A stretch of 64,000 nucleotides of DNA from Eledone cirrhosa (GCA_964016885.1 OZ024740.1:144026001-144090000); one strand, 5' to 3'. Numbered from the stretch's first letter, positions 41,631 through 55,166 are shown. Notes: generated by a model not told the origin, from the letters alone. Program-made: numbers and translations.

Positions 41631-44511
41631 CATTCTATTAATGTGCTCCTTATAGTAGAGCATCATACTTTATTTGCCATCACAATGGAGAATCAACCGT
41701 TACCCATGTCTATCAAGTGTATCCCCCTACCTAGCAGAGAAACATACCTCAAGCAACTTATAGACGCTACTAACTCGTTTATACGGAGAGTAAGATGGAA
41801 GGCCTACCACCTTGATAAGGACACCAGTAACCTTCCAGAACCTATAGAGAGATACGGCTTCAAAACTTACCGAAACCCACCGCACAACACCATGCTGGAC
41901 CGCTTTGAGGAGGACCTGCTAAAACTGATCAAAAACATCAAGTTTAAGAGTAAACGCCAATGCAGTAATCCATTCATAACATCCCTGGACGCACTTATTA
42001 CCAAGATCAAGAATGACCCACACCTCTTTGTTACCTCTGACAAAACCAAGAAGCTGTATAAGATGGACGTGAGCAAGTACAAACAATTCATTTATAAAGA
42101 ACTACACAAAAATTATTAAAAAAACACCCATTAGTACTTTAAATGACATAAATAGGGTAGGGAAGGATATAGTTACTAGCTTAGACATAGACAAGTACAC
42201 CAACCCATATGTCCCTATGACACCTAGATTCTCTCTTAAGGATCACAAATGTAACTTTAATGAAAACCCCGCTATCAGACTAATATTCCCCTCTACTTCG
42301 GATATAGGTAAAATTAGTAAAGTGATCCTAGATAGAGTACTACTAGAACTTAACAACAAAGCCAAGGTCTGTCTCTGGAGCAACACCGACCAGGTCATTA
42401 ATTGGTTCACAGAGTTACCCGATAAAGCAACTCTCGAGTTCATCCAGTTTGACAGACGGCTACTACGCATCGATCTCCCCCATACTCCTGAATAAAGCGC
42501 TTATCTTAGCTAAGTCTAATACTAGCCTCACTAAGAAAGAGATAGATATAGTGCTCGCAGTGCGTAGAACTATTATCACGATGGGGTCCAGTGACTCGGC
42601 GCAAGTGACCGACCTGGTTGGGATATACCTCCTCCATAGACTTAGGGATGAGATACTGGCCCTACAGGGCGAGGTATATAGGGACGATGCCCTGTTTACG
42701 GTTAGAAACCATAGCCCCCGCAGGATAGAGAACCTTAACAAGCATATACACAGGTTCTTCAAGACATATGGCCTATCCGTAACTATGGACCTCAACCACC
42801 AGATAGTCAATTTCCTGGACGTAACCCTGGAGTTGAGCACGGGCCTATACAAGACATACCATAAGCCCGGCGAGATTCTGTCCTATATAAACTATGCACC
42901 TAACCACCCTAAGTCTACTCTCAACACCATAGTATATAGCATATCCCATAGGATCTCGAGGCTCTCCGCCAACGAGGATATCTTCAGCCAAGCGGCCGAA
43001 TACTACAATTAGGCCTTACTAAATGCCGAATTTAACCGGAGAATCTCCTACATCCTTAACGCTAGCTCTAGAAACATACCCCAGCATAGTACCAATGTTA
43101 TAGTAAGCCATACCTATAACAGAGTACGCTACAGCCAAGACAGAGTCAAGAACTATAGTATAGAGAACCACACTAAGGAACCTGGCCACACCGTTAATTA
43201 CATGAGTGGCGACCAAGATAACCTACAGCATGGTAAGGGTTACCCGATTGGTAAAGCCACCCGCTGCAGCCTATTAGAATTATTCCCTAACTATAAGATT
43301 AGCAACAGCGGTGGCCTATTACCAACACCCTCCTACCCACGTCTAGCCACACAGAAAAATTACGGAAGGAAGGCGCGCCTACCCGAACATAAAGTAATGG
43401 GGACACATAACTGGCTACAGCACAGTAACAACCGTAAGTACAGTCAACTAGGAAGCACAATCTGTAGCAAACCCACAGTAAAGTGGAAACGCCACCGTAA
43501 TGGTCCCCCCCCCCCTACTCTCGGAGTGTGGCCTCCGACCTACCGAGGATATTCTTCGAAGCCTTAGAGAAGAATTTCCCACCTAATAATAAATACAGGA
43601 AAATACTTAATAGGAACAATATCAAAATATCCTTCTCTACCACCCCCAATTTAGCAGATGTCATAGGAGCAACTAATCACAATAAGATCAAGAAAACACG
43701 GCACCTTAGCAAAGATACATCTAGACCCGACAACAACACGAATAACCTTAACATCTCCCAAACAGCATCAAATAGTGTTGGTGGCAGCCCCAGCAGACGA
43801 AACCAACGTGACCAAGGGGAGACTGGGGAATATACTGGTGACTTGCATGGGTCACCCACCAGCAACAGAACGGGCTGCGGCGTAATAATGGTACAACACC
43901 GCACGCCTTGAGATATAACAGTACCAATGACCGAGATAGAGACATAGATAACATAGGGAGCAATAGTAATAGCTTTACTTCAGGAACTAGGAGCGACCGT
44001 GACAGAAAATGCAACTGTCGTGACAGGGGGGGCTGCCCTCTCAGGGGAAATTGCCTGACTGATAAGGTTATTTATAGGTGCACCGTAACTAACCATAATG
44101 GAGTTAAACACTATATAGGGGCCACCTCTGGCCAGTTCAAAACGAGATTTAGAACACATCTCCACTCTTTCAGGAACAAAAAACTAAGGCACTCCACGTC
44201 ACTTGCCAATTACGTAACCACATTAAAAGACGCCAACATCAGCTTCTCCACATACTGGGATATTGTCGGTAGGGCTGCACCCTACAACTTCAAGAGGAAA
44301 TGCCAGCTTTGTCTCATGGAGCTTTACTCTATAAGAACACCCCACGAGCTCATAAACAGCCAAGCTGAATCAGTCATAAACTGTAAGCACCGAGTGCAGG
44401 CGTCGTACTTTGCCTGGGAAGCGACTGTGGCATGAAATCTATAAACTGGGTCCCCCTGCCCTAACCATAACACCCCGGTGGGCAAGCGGTGTAAACAAAC
44501 ATCTGTGAACC

Positions 44512-44631
44512 AAATGTACATCCCAGACCCTGCTCGAACAAGCATTAGTGAAGCAACAACCACTAAATAATAAATGTGCATCCCAGGCCCGGCTCAAACT
44601 GGCATTAGTGAAACAGTACCCATAAAATAAT
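44512..44631. repeat. Two diverged ~60-bp tandem units in the PLE 3' region
   Basis: aaatgt(a/g)catcccag...gcattagtgaa...aaataat occurs twice. Confidence 0.6.
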
Positions 44632-44821
44632 AACGCAAAACACCATCATGTGAATGGGTAAAAAAAACCAAGTGGGACAAGATTATTTGAGCACCGGCCA
44701 GAGTTACTCCCCCTGCTCTGCGGTAATAACAGCACATGCATGCAAGCAGAGAATGAACTCCAATGTGAATTTAACCTTAAAACCCCTCCTGGGTCGCGTA
44801 TTGATCATTTTTTTGTTTTCC

Positions 44822-44866
44822 ATGCCCTTGATAAGCCCATTCTGGGCGAAACGTACGTAGGTGCAT
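44822..44866 (+). ncRNA. Minimal hammerhead ribozyme, U3-A8 variant
   Basis: atgccc-TTGATAA-gccc(attct)gggc-GAAA-cgtacGTA-ggtgcat; palindromic stem III. Confidence 0.78.
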
Positions 44867-45142
44867 TGTTATATAAACATATTTTAACGGTTTTAAATTC
44901 CTTGTATTCATTTCTTTTATAATCGCTCTGCTTATTTTTTCTCGCCCACTAAATATTGACGCTTCTAATATTTTACCCTGTAGGCTCGAGTATTGAGCAC
45001 ATCTGCACAAACTATTGGCAACTAAATATATGTATCGCCTATCTTTCCTTTTTTTCTCTCTCTCGATACTTAAACATTCTATATATATATATATATATAT
45101 ATACATACATACACACATATATATATATATATATATACATAT

Positions 45143-45665
45143 ACAAAGAACATGCCACCCAGCTCGCTAACCATGTGTGGAACCTTAAAAATAACGGCTC
45201 ACCTTTTTCCATTAAATGCAGTATATTAGAAAAATCCAGCCCCTATGTTAATGGAATGAAATTTTGCTGGCTATGTAACTTGGAAAAGTGGAATATACTC
45301 TCACAACTGGCTTCAGAAAAACACTGCTTTAGACATTGTCCACACAAAGTGAAATTCATTCTGAGAAAACAGTATAGACCAAACTAATTTTAATTTTTGA
45401 ATTACTAACTTTGCACAAGTTCCACACTTTTGTGTTTTTGTTGCTTTTTTTAATAGTTATCTCCCTTTACACTACCTAAAATATTTATTTATTTATAGCT
45501 AAATTCGAAATTACCTGCATTTGAAGAACTCTTGTGTATTTTCTAAAAACCCCAAATCAACCCGTGCAGGTAGCCATATCCTTTTTTTATATAACAGGCT
45601 GAATGAGTTGGGGTGTATAACCCAATGAAACCTAAGTACCTGTATATGTCATTGTTGTAACTAAT
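45143..45665 (+). mobile_element. Second PLE, 3' fragment (end of GIY-YIG domain plus LTR)
   Basis: TQLANHVWNLK..PY..CWLCNLEK..CPH; lies between TA tracts. Confidence 0.75.
45594..45643 (+). ncRNA. Hammerhead ribozyme with a 1-nt core insertion
   Basis: acagg-CTGAATGA-gttggg(8 nt)cccaat-GAAA-cctaaGTA-cctgt. Confidence 0.6.
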
Positions 45666-45682
45666 TATATATATATATATAT

Positions 45683-46508
45683 CTCCCAACGAGCGGAATA
45701 TTGAGAGTAAGTTAAACAATTTTTCACTTTTTATTGTTTTTGTTTTGATATGCACTCTTTTTCCTGCTACTAATTTTGTCTCTCACTCTTTTCAGTTGTG
45801 AAATAGACTGGTTATCTACGCACGCGGCTGACACATTTCAGCTCGCTACTATATTGTTATATAATGGATGATCGCATTTAAAGTCCGTTAAAGGTTCTTG
45901 GCACTACCATTGTTACCATCGCTTTCCTCTAACCATGGGGCTTGGAGACATAAACTGAATGCTACCATTCTATTTTATATCAATGTGAACTGCTATTTCT
46001 AATAGCCATCTTTTCACCCCTTGATAATTTGTGTGTGAGACACGTTGGCTGAGAGCTTCTGACAGGAACGAAAAGATTGATTCTTTTTAGCTTCTCGTCC
46101 CCACGTAAAATTTGTAAATCAGTGGCTAGTTGAGAGATAGAGTCCTATTGGGTGCCAGTTGCTAATCGCTTTACCGTGTCGGTTGTCACAAACAGTCATG
46201 ACTGGCATGGGCCGGTGTTTGGATTCTGTCGATTGATTGGTTATTGATTAGGTGATACCCGCTGATGAAGCCGCATAAGCCGATTGTGCATTGTTGCATA
46301 ATAAATGCAGACAGATGGTGCACCTTACTGCTGCATTAATGCGGCAGAAACTCGAGTCCGGGAACCTTATAGGCACCCGTTTTACGTGTGTTGTGTTGAA
46401 GCAAATAACTATGTGTATACTCTGGTAATGTATCTTACATTGCCCATTGAGTGCGCTGGGATACAACCGGTACTGGCATTGATAAATATGCTGGGTCCGT
46501 CAACCCTT
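45683..46508 (+). mobile_element. Non-coding HHR-bearing element (PLE LTR or retrozyme-like)
   Basis: ~820 bp between TA tracts, no recognisable ORF, intact HHR near the 3' end. Confidence 0.55.
46250..46367 (+). ncRNA. Type I hammerhead ribozyme, canonical core, extended stem II
   Basis: cccg-CTGATGA-a gccgcat...atgcggc a-GAAA-ctcgaGTC-cggg. Confidence 0.85.
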
Positions 46509-46519
46509 ATTATATATAT

Positions 46520-46559
<40 letters not shown>

Positions 46560-46876
46560 AGTACAGATTAAAAGTTCTGTTTTCACTCATCTGAAACTGT
46601 TCCAGATGATTCCGCTAATAATAAATATTTGCTCTATGTGTTTATATATACTTAAATATATATATATACAGCCCTTATCGAGTTCTCTTTGGATTTTGGT
46701 CTTTGTATTTATTATTACTATACACATACATATACATACTTTCATATTCATAAATATGTAGACCTATATATTAGTACATACATATATGCCTATATGTACA
46801 CACTCACACACACAGACACATACACATAAAAAAACCCATACATATATAACAATGAATTAAAGTTTCACTTCATTAA

Positions 46877-49304
46877 CCCTTTAGCAATCAGTCCGACATA
46901 ACCAAAACAGAATTCTCTCCCCTCTTTCTATTTATTCTGGTCAAAACCGGCTCCCTCCGCCTATGTTAATATATCGTTCTAAAAATAAACAATGTCTTCA
47001 AAATCTCGTAGATTCAAGATTATGCAAGATAAAGCATTTACTGCAAGTATTCAAGAGTAAATATAGTGAATCTTGTAATAACGTGTTATTTTAACGTTAG
47101 AAGAAAGACCTATTTTGAAGGTTTTACCTGTGATGATTTACAAAATTAAAAGATAATGATTTGTCTTTGAATTAATTGGATATAAATATTTCTGAATTTT
47201 CATTTGGCAATGATAGTGAGAGTGAAGAAAATTTCCATGACGCCACTGAAATTACAGCGACGTGGTTGAAAAGCACCACACCAATATATATTCCTGATTT
47301 CAGTGAAAAAACTGGTCCATAACTCTACCAAACGATGCCCTACCACTGGATTATTTCTTTTTGTTTTTGCCACAGACTTCCTTCAAAGTTGTGGCAGAAG
47401 AGACAAATAGATATGCCCAACAAACTATTTGTAATCAAGGAAAACCTGATCTATTATGCTGATCAACAGATGCTGCGAAAATTCAAACATTTTTTACCAT
47501 AGATATCATATTTGGTATCAAATAATTTCCAAGACTGGAGCCAAGATATGGTGACCCGTATATATCAAAAACCAGGATTTTGAAAATAAACCAATATTTA
47601 CATATTGTTAATACTTTCAATGCCCCTGGAAGGAATGAACTAAATTACGATCCTCTATACAAAGACTGCCCAATGCTCAATTCATTATCGGAGAAATTTA
47701 AAACTGTATAAACTTGGGAAAAAATCTCAGTATTGATGAAGTGATGATTGGCTACAAGGGTAGAGTACATTTCCACAATATATGCCAGCTAAACCTACCA
47801 AATAGAGCATCAAGGTGTGGGAGCTTTATGAATTGAACACAGGCTACTGTGAAAACTTCAATGAATGCACAGGAAAAATGTAACGGAGTGAAACAAAATA
47901 GATTCGGATACGATGTTGTGTGGTCTCTAACTGAACCCTTCCATTTACAACACAAACGTGTCTATTTCAATCATTTTAATTTCTTTGGTGCTTCTGGCAG
48001 AGCATCTAGCCCTCATAAACACATACACCTACAGTACAATAATGGGAAATCACAAAGGTCTACCGTAAGAAATAAAATGCACAAAATTAAAAAAAAGATG
48101 GGACATTTTCCAGGTGCAAAAAGGCAACATGCTAACCCCATAATACAGGGACAAATGGCAAAGGTGTTGAGGCCTAAGGTAAACCCATAGTAAATATTTC
48201 ATATAATAAATACATGGGTGGGGTTGACAAATCTAACCAGTATTGTGCCTACTACCCAGTTGGACGTCCTGGAAAGAATGGTGGAGATATATTTTGTAGT
48301 TTTTAGTGAATTTAATAATTATATTGTATTCAGTAAAACCCACAATGATCTGCTTCAACTAAAAGACTGAAATGTTGCATCACAACTACATGGAGGGTAC
48401 ATTTCCTGCAAACACAGAGCTGGGAAAAAAATCAAAACTAACTGAAGTAGTTGTAAATAGAGAAAAATGTTGATTTTTATAAAATAGAAAAGATTAATGG
48501 GAGGAAGAAACTTTGCTGAATGTGCTCTTTGTAAAAGAGAAAACCCACTAAAGGTTATCAAATTGAAACATCTTTCATATGTTCCTTTTGTAAAGTGTCA
48601 CTATGTAAAGGCTGCTTTGACCAATTTCATGACAGAAATATTGCCTAACAATATTAATTATGCTGTTAAAAATAAATTATTATTATTTGAACACAAATAT
48701 GTGAAAACCAGAAATATGTACTGATATTCTCTATGTACACACCTGTTAATAGCTTACTTTATTGGGTACTCTGTTATGTAAATCTACTTAGATCATTGTG
48801 AAGGAGTACATTTCCAATAGTATATTGATTGGTAAAAGGGTTTTACACTTTCTTTTCAATGAAAATATTTGTACAAAATGTAGAGAAAGACTAAAACCTT
48901 GCACAGTGCATTTTAATTAATTCACCTCCTTGTAAAAAGTGGTAATATTGTAAGTCGATATCTGGATCATTCTTGGCTAATTTTTAACTAACAGGTAAGA
49001 CACATAAAGTTTAATTTTTTTGTGTTCATCCATAGTCATTGCTTTTACACCTGTTAATTAATTTCACATGTCCGTAAAAATCAAATTTAACCAAAAAAAA
49101 AAAAAAAATCAGGTAATCAGGTAAAAATACATAATTGTAAATCATATATATTTAAACACTGACTGACAAAATTTCGAGTCTGCACAAAGAAAATAAACAA
49201 AGTTATAAACAAATATAATTGTTAACCCTCTTCAGTATGTGTAACTGAAAATAATGTAAATAGATAAACATGACATTTGACAGAATAATGCAAATGCTAA
49301 AGGG
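46877..49304 (+). mobile_element. piggyBac DNA transposon with decayed transposase
   Basis: TTAA|CCCTTTAGCA...TGCTAAAGGG|TTAA; remnants LSIDEVMIGYKGR..QYMPAKP and YMGGVDKSNQ. Confidence 0.88.
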
Positions 49305-49479
49305 TTAAATACTGAAGTCTAAGATGGGGAAACAAAATAAAAATTAAAGACAATTTAACCTAGAGGCAGGGTATAAAGGATATATGCAACCACTATTCAA
49401 GGCGTTTTTAAATACATAAGCAGGAATGTAAATAGGTATATTTAATCAGGGTCAAAGATTTTGTGTAAGTCGGAGATCA

Positions 49480-50100
49480 CCTTCTGTCAAGTTAAGTAAC
49501 ACCATGTCATCTGCAAATTCCAGCCAACTGATTTTACACCCATGATACCACATCCAACCTGGCTGTGCATGTCAATCCTGTTCATGAAAATAATGAACAG
49601 GAGAGGTGACTGTATGTACCCTTGGCAGAGTCCATTCCTACATTGAATGGTTTCGATTTAGCACCATTTATCAGAACACAAATACTTGGGTATTTATATA
49701 GAAACATCAGAGCAACAAGAAGCTGACCATTGATCCCATACTCGAGCAGAACCTTCCACAGCAGGTCCTGAGGAATGCGGTTGTATGTCTTTTTGAGGCC
49801 TACAAAACAAGAACATACCTCTTGGCAATACTACCATGATTTCTCAAAGACTTGCCTCAGTGTGAATATTTGGTTGGCTGTGCTGCATCTGGGGCGAAAA
49901 CCACACTGGACTCGACAATCGACCTACATCTCTTTGGCAGACACTTAGCATAGATTTTACCGGGGGAGGCTTAACAAAGAGATCGCTCTGTAATTGGAAC
50001 AATCTCTTATTTCCTATTTTGAAAATTGGGATTATCACTCCCAATTGCTATTGCTTAGGTACCTTTCCAGAGATCCAGGCCACTCGGCACACATGAGTCA
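49480..50100 (-). pseudogene. Old degraded LINE RT fragment (RTE-like)
   Basis: Remnants LEFADDMV and QG..SPLLFIIFMN. Confidence 0.55.
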
Positions 50101-50752
50101 ACTAGAGAATACCTTCTCTATTTAAGGCAGAACTGTTCTTCTAGAGAACAGGTCGCAGGTGGTGGATAGCAATACAACCACCAGATATGATGGTTAGTTG
50201 CTATATAAGCAGGCAATTGCTGCACAAATAAGCAACCCTGGATCAACAGCAGTAAACTACTAGTGGAAATGGAGCAATGGGTGTCACCTGTAGCTCCCAA
50301 AAACTCTCACAATCCAATAATGTAGCTATGACAAGGCAAATAAAGGCTGCCTCTAAAAAAGCCAAGTCCTCATGGTTTTGAGAAAGTACCCAATTGGTGA
50401 CTGGGGCAAATAAGACCATCAAAATTGCAATATGGTGATAGGAACAAAAAAGAACCCTACTGCATTTTCCATTTGGTATCAAAGGGCTTAAATCGAAACC
50501 GATTTATGACACTCCATCCAGTAGCTAATATTATAAAAAAAAAAAGAAAATTAATATCTGACTAAAAGTTGCAATGGGATAAAATGTGCACTATAAATTG
50601 AAAGTTTGCATAAAACAAGCTTTTAGCTCTATTTCGTAGAGAAAACAACTAGAATTAAGAATTTAAAAATAAAATTACATCATTCAGAATACTGAAAAAT
50701 ATATAGTGAATCAAAATAGTTATGTTTCATAATCAGAAGAAATTCTACTTGC

Positions 50753-51122
50753 CTAATTTGATGGCAACTCCAAGGAGTCTTTTGACATCCTCACCATAGG
50801 GAGGGTTGCGAGCATATTTCATCTGTGGACGATCATTCCGACCAAGAGTCTCCATAGCTAGCATGCCAACTCTATAGGCAGCCATCAGGTAGTTCATTTG
50901 TGTCTGATTATTAATAGCAGAAGGTGTCTGAATATTGGATTGTCCAACAGGCTGCTGCTGTTGCTGGCCAACACAAAGTGGACCTTGCTGCTGACCAGGA
51001 ACACAATTTGAGGAGGTAGGCTGGCATGGTGTAAACACAGGTGGTTGGTCCACATGTTGAACATTATTTCCTGCAGTTGCTGTTGCTGTATTGCCACCAT
51101 GCACTGGTTGAAGTGACCCAAG
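50753..51122 (-). CDS. ZSWIM8: ZSWIM8 exon (last one visible; probable GC donor)
   Basis: YLMAAYRVGMLAMETLGR..PPYGEDVK.LLG..KLG; AG acceptor, AG|GCAAGT donor; phase fits the previous exon. Confidence 0.85.
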
Positions 51123-52485
51123 CTATTAGAAAATAAAATTCAAATAGAACAGAATAATTCAACTTACAAAGGCATAAACATCACAATAAATACAATGAAA
51201 AATGTATCACAAAATATTAGAGTATATCTTGCTAGAAATGTATATATAATTAGAGAAACAATCTTTAAAGTTATATGTTTTAAAAATATTCAAGATTAGT
51301 CCACATTTTACAATTCACTGCTATAATTATAAAATAAAGTTTATCCAATAGTACAAAGGAGTGTTGAAAAGTTCTCACCTTAACTCACTTTCGAAAACTT
51401 TTCAGCACCCCCTTGTGAGTACAAAAAGTTTTAATCTTCAAAATGTGTCCTATTGTAGTTTGATGAAAACATAATAATTCCAAAGAGGTAACAAGGAAAA
51501 ATTAGAACCGAACAAATCTTTCAGGCATGTTTTGTGACCTAGTGTTTGATATTCTCTGAGTCTGAGAAGCATTTGTGATAGCTAATTTTAACATTTTATG
51601 AGTATTCGAAGTGTTAACTGCAATTTAACATGCAAGTGTATGTAGTAGTTGACACAAAATGTAAACTTACTGCACAAGCTGGGGTTAACTGTCCATTAAA
51701 ATAATCACTGCGAGTTGTTTATTTAATTTTTTTATGGTTCCATATATCTTTTTTTATGCTAGCATCAAATTGATTATTTTTCACATTCAGGAAGTTGAAG
51801 ATCTTTTATTTATAGATATCTGTATAGGTTTGAATCCATTAAATTAGAACCTGAACCATAACCATTCATTCAACAATTTTAACAGTGATCTCACAGTAAA
51901 CTATTGGAGGATTTTCTACTCATTTATAATATTTTAACATTTGAAAGGCAATTATTGCAAAATCATTATTGCTAATAGAGTTCCATTAATTAACACCAAA
52001 CAGACAATTAAAGCTAAACTTTATATGTAAACTGGGATGAGTTTAACTGTTGCTGTTATAAAAACTTGCAGAAAACCAAACTCTCCACATATCTAATCAA
52101 AATCAGCTCATCTTAATATGTATTTTTTTAGAACTGATGTAAATAAATACATATTAAAATATAGGCATCAATTGTCTCTCTAGAACAACACAATGCTGGA
52201 GTGTAGATACTTTTGTAATAAATCTTAAAGAATCACTACTATGCTGCACCATGAATTCATATTGTCAGCTTCCATCAACACCAAAACTTCAGGATGTCCA
52301 GAAGAAAAACAACAACAATACTTGAGCGCAAAACAGATGCAATATGACTACTATTCATTTTTAACAAAACACTGCATATAATGACAGTGAACTAAGACTT
52401 ATAATCACACACAAAAAAAATCTTGCTATAAATATGATTGTTAAAAAAAATACTGAATAATGTATGTAGAATTTGTTACACTTAC

Positions 52486-53081
52486 TTGACAGTTAGGATT
52501 AGGATAGAGTTGCATTGTGGGGCCTAGATGTCGAATATTAGTTCCATTGGAGAAGATCTGTGCAGTATTTTGGTGAACATTCTGAATATTCTGAAGGTTA
52601 CCAACAGGAAATGGTGACTGGTTCTGATAAGAATAAGTAGTAATATAGGCTCCAGGGTGGTGCAAATTGTTATGGAGTGGAATGTGAGTGGTCTGTGGGG
52701 GAGGAGGTGGTGGTGGAGGGTACTGATGATGGTGGTGGTGATTGAAGATACTGTATGTTGGCACATAGGTGGTTGGGTGGTGGGGCATCTGGCTATTTTG
52801 GGCAGGCCCAGGAAGTGTGTATGGAATCACCATTGGTCCTGGATGGTTCATATGGTTAGAGGAATGCAAGATAATTTGCGGTGGTGGAGGAGGAGTTCCT
52901 TGGGTAGAAACTTGTGAATTACTAGATGTGTGAGAAGGCTGTTGGTTGTAAGGAATCATAGGAAGAGCAGAAGAGGTGTTGGATGAAGGATTTATTTGGT
53001 CTCCAACACAGTCCACTATTAATGGCCGGTTGCTATCATCGTCTTGAGAATGTGAAGCTTCCAAAGCCACAGCCAATTCTC
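52486..53081 (-). CDS. ZSWIM8: ZSWIM8 exon (Pro/His/Gln-rich low-complexity region)
   Basis: ttag acceptor, CAA|GTAAGT donor; phases consistent with both neighbours. Confidence 0.8.
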
Positions 53082-54117
53082 CTAAAGAAAGAAAGGTGCA
53101 TTTAAAATAAATACAAATTCAATAAAAAATTTAAAATACTGAAGTTAAATCTAATATAGAATTACCTATATAAACATCAAATACAATTGAAAAATAATGA
53201 TACACTACATTTGTTTGCATATTTATATATTTCTAACGGTAACTTTTTAAAATTTACACAAACACACAATGCATTTCATATCTTAGTCATATTAATACAA
53301 TAAAAAGTTCACTTTCCAATCACAAGGTCCTGGGTTCTCTCCCTACATTTGTCCCTGTAAATACTATTTCCTTGAAGTTACACATTTAATCTTGTATGTT
53401 ATATATATGCTGAACATGTAATTATATTCTAGAAATAAATTATTTCACTATTACTCTTATCTTTAATCACTTCCACATCTCAGTAATCAATGTAAACTAT
53501 AGCGTTTCTTTTATGCAAACCATTAATTCAAAATGCAAATTTCTCAGTTTGTATGATTGTTCATATATCTGGTAATTCTTGTATATGTGACATATCAATC
53601 CTAGACTCAAAAATTTAAATACATGCAGCACTATTGCTGTCATTATTGACAGCATTGGTTCACTAATAATATAGATAAAAAGTTAAGTGCATTTGATGTC
53701 AATCAGTAGTTTATCTTATCTAAACTTAAAATAGTGCAGCAACAAAACTATTAGAAAAGGAATAGCTAAGGGTTTAAAAAGAAAAATTAAAGTTAATAAG
53801 GATATTGTTAACAAGGATATTGCTCATTTTAATGTTTTTAGATTAAAAATAGTTTAAAAGATTAATTAAGTACTTGGACCAGTGGTGCATATCCTTACAG
53901 AGGATTATTATTAAAATCACAGACCTCATGAATCTGAGAATCAAAGAGGCCATATTTGTTTAGCAGTTAATACCTACTTTCAACAACAGAAATTGTATGT
54001 GCATTTAATTCTACACATTTGTGTATGTTGCAACACTCCTCTTAATATACCAACCTCCTAATATCTAAGGTTTTTTATGACTGAAATATTGAAATAAATA
54101 TTGGAAAGTTGTAAACT

Positions 54118-54308
54118 GCTGGTGGATTGGCAGTATCGGTAGAGGGTCGGACGCCATGCTTTCCAGCATAGTTACGTCCCTTTACGGTCTGAGTTCAAAT
54201 CCCGCCGAGGTTGACTTTGCCTTTCATCCTTACGGGGTCGATAAAATAAAGTACCAGTAATGCACTGGGTAATTGCTGGCCTTGTGCCTAAAGTAGAAAC
54301 AATTATTT
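54118..54308 (+). mobile_element. Nin/Deu SINE, full length
   Basis: tRNA-like head plus core. Confidence 0.85.
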
Positions 54309-54314
54309 CTAACA

Positions 54315-54484
54315 GGGTGGTGGATTGGCAGTATCGATAGAGGGTCTGACGCCATGCTTTACAGCCCTTTATGGTCTGAGTTCAAATCCCGCCGAGGTCA
54401 ACTTTGCCTTTCATCCTTACGGGGTCGATAAAATAAATGGGATAATTGCTGGCCTTGTGCCAAAAGTAGAAACAATTATTATTT
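54315..54484 (+). mobile_element. Nin/Deu SINE, tandem second copy with deletions
   Basis: Directly follows the previous copy. Confidence 0.8.
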
Positions 54485-55166
54485 CTAACACCATTGTTGT
54501 GGATTTTAACTCATTTGATACTAAACCACATGAAACTGCCTTTGGTCCCATGATACAAAGCAGTTTATCTAAAAGTGTTTATATCTTTATATAAATGTCT
54601 GTGATTCTTTCACAACACGTAAAGAGAGAGTAGTTTGACTACCTCATACTACTCCTCTCTCTTTACGTCTGCTGCCTGCGTGAATGTATGAGTGTGTAAA
54701 AGGAAAGCAGGTGGTGGTGAAAAACTATAGCAAAATAGCAGCTGGCGTTCCATTTGTTATGCTGTTTATGTGTGTATGAATGTATGTCTGAGTGTGTATT
54801 TTTGTAAATGTGTCTGTGTTTGCACATTTATATCTATATACTCATACGTATAAATGTATGCATATGAAAATACACATCAGAATGTTGAAAAAAATCTTAG
54901 TATTTCTAAAAAAAAAAAAGCCTTGTCATAATTTAAAAAATTATGTTTTAAAAACCAGATTAATAATAAGAAAGCTAATTATTTACTAAATCCATCCAAA
55001 TTCTCGATTATTTAAAAAGTTATTTGAAAACCATAGACAGTACCTTTCATTAGAAATATGTTAATAAAAGTGTTAATACTAGTAATTATATTTTAAGTAG
55101 AATTTAAACAGAAATAACATTAGAAAATGTAAAACAAAATGGAAAAAAAAGGAGAAAACAATTTAC

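Larger units (their letters stand above)
41348..45081 (+). mobile_element. Penelope-like element (probably Nematis-like), decayed RT plus C-terminal GIY-YIG, with pseudo-LTR direct repeats
   Basis: ORF remnants 41685-44435: RRVRWKA, TSDKT, LKDHK, YRDD, NFLDVT, CNCR..CPL..C, VIYRC..HYIG, CQLCLME; direct repeat 41348-41505 = 44920-45081; HHR in the 3' repeat region. Confidence 0.88.

Noticed and set aside
46055-46100. CTGAGAG...GAAA as an HHR
   Set aside because: The core is one base short and no matching stem I or III was found.
46590-46675. Further HHR (CAGATGA...AAATATATATA CAG)
   Set aside because: The GAAA core is missing and stem II is not evident.
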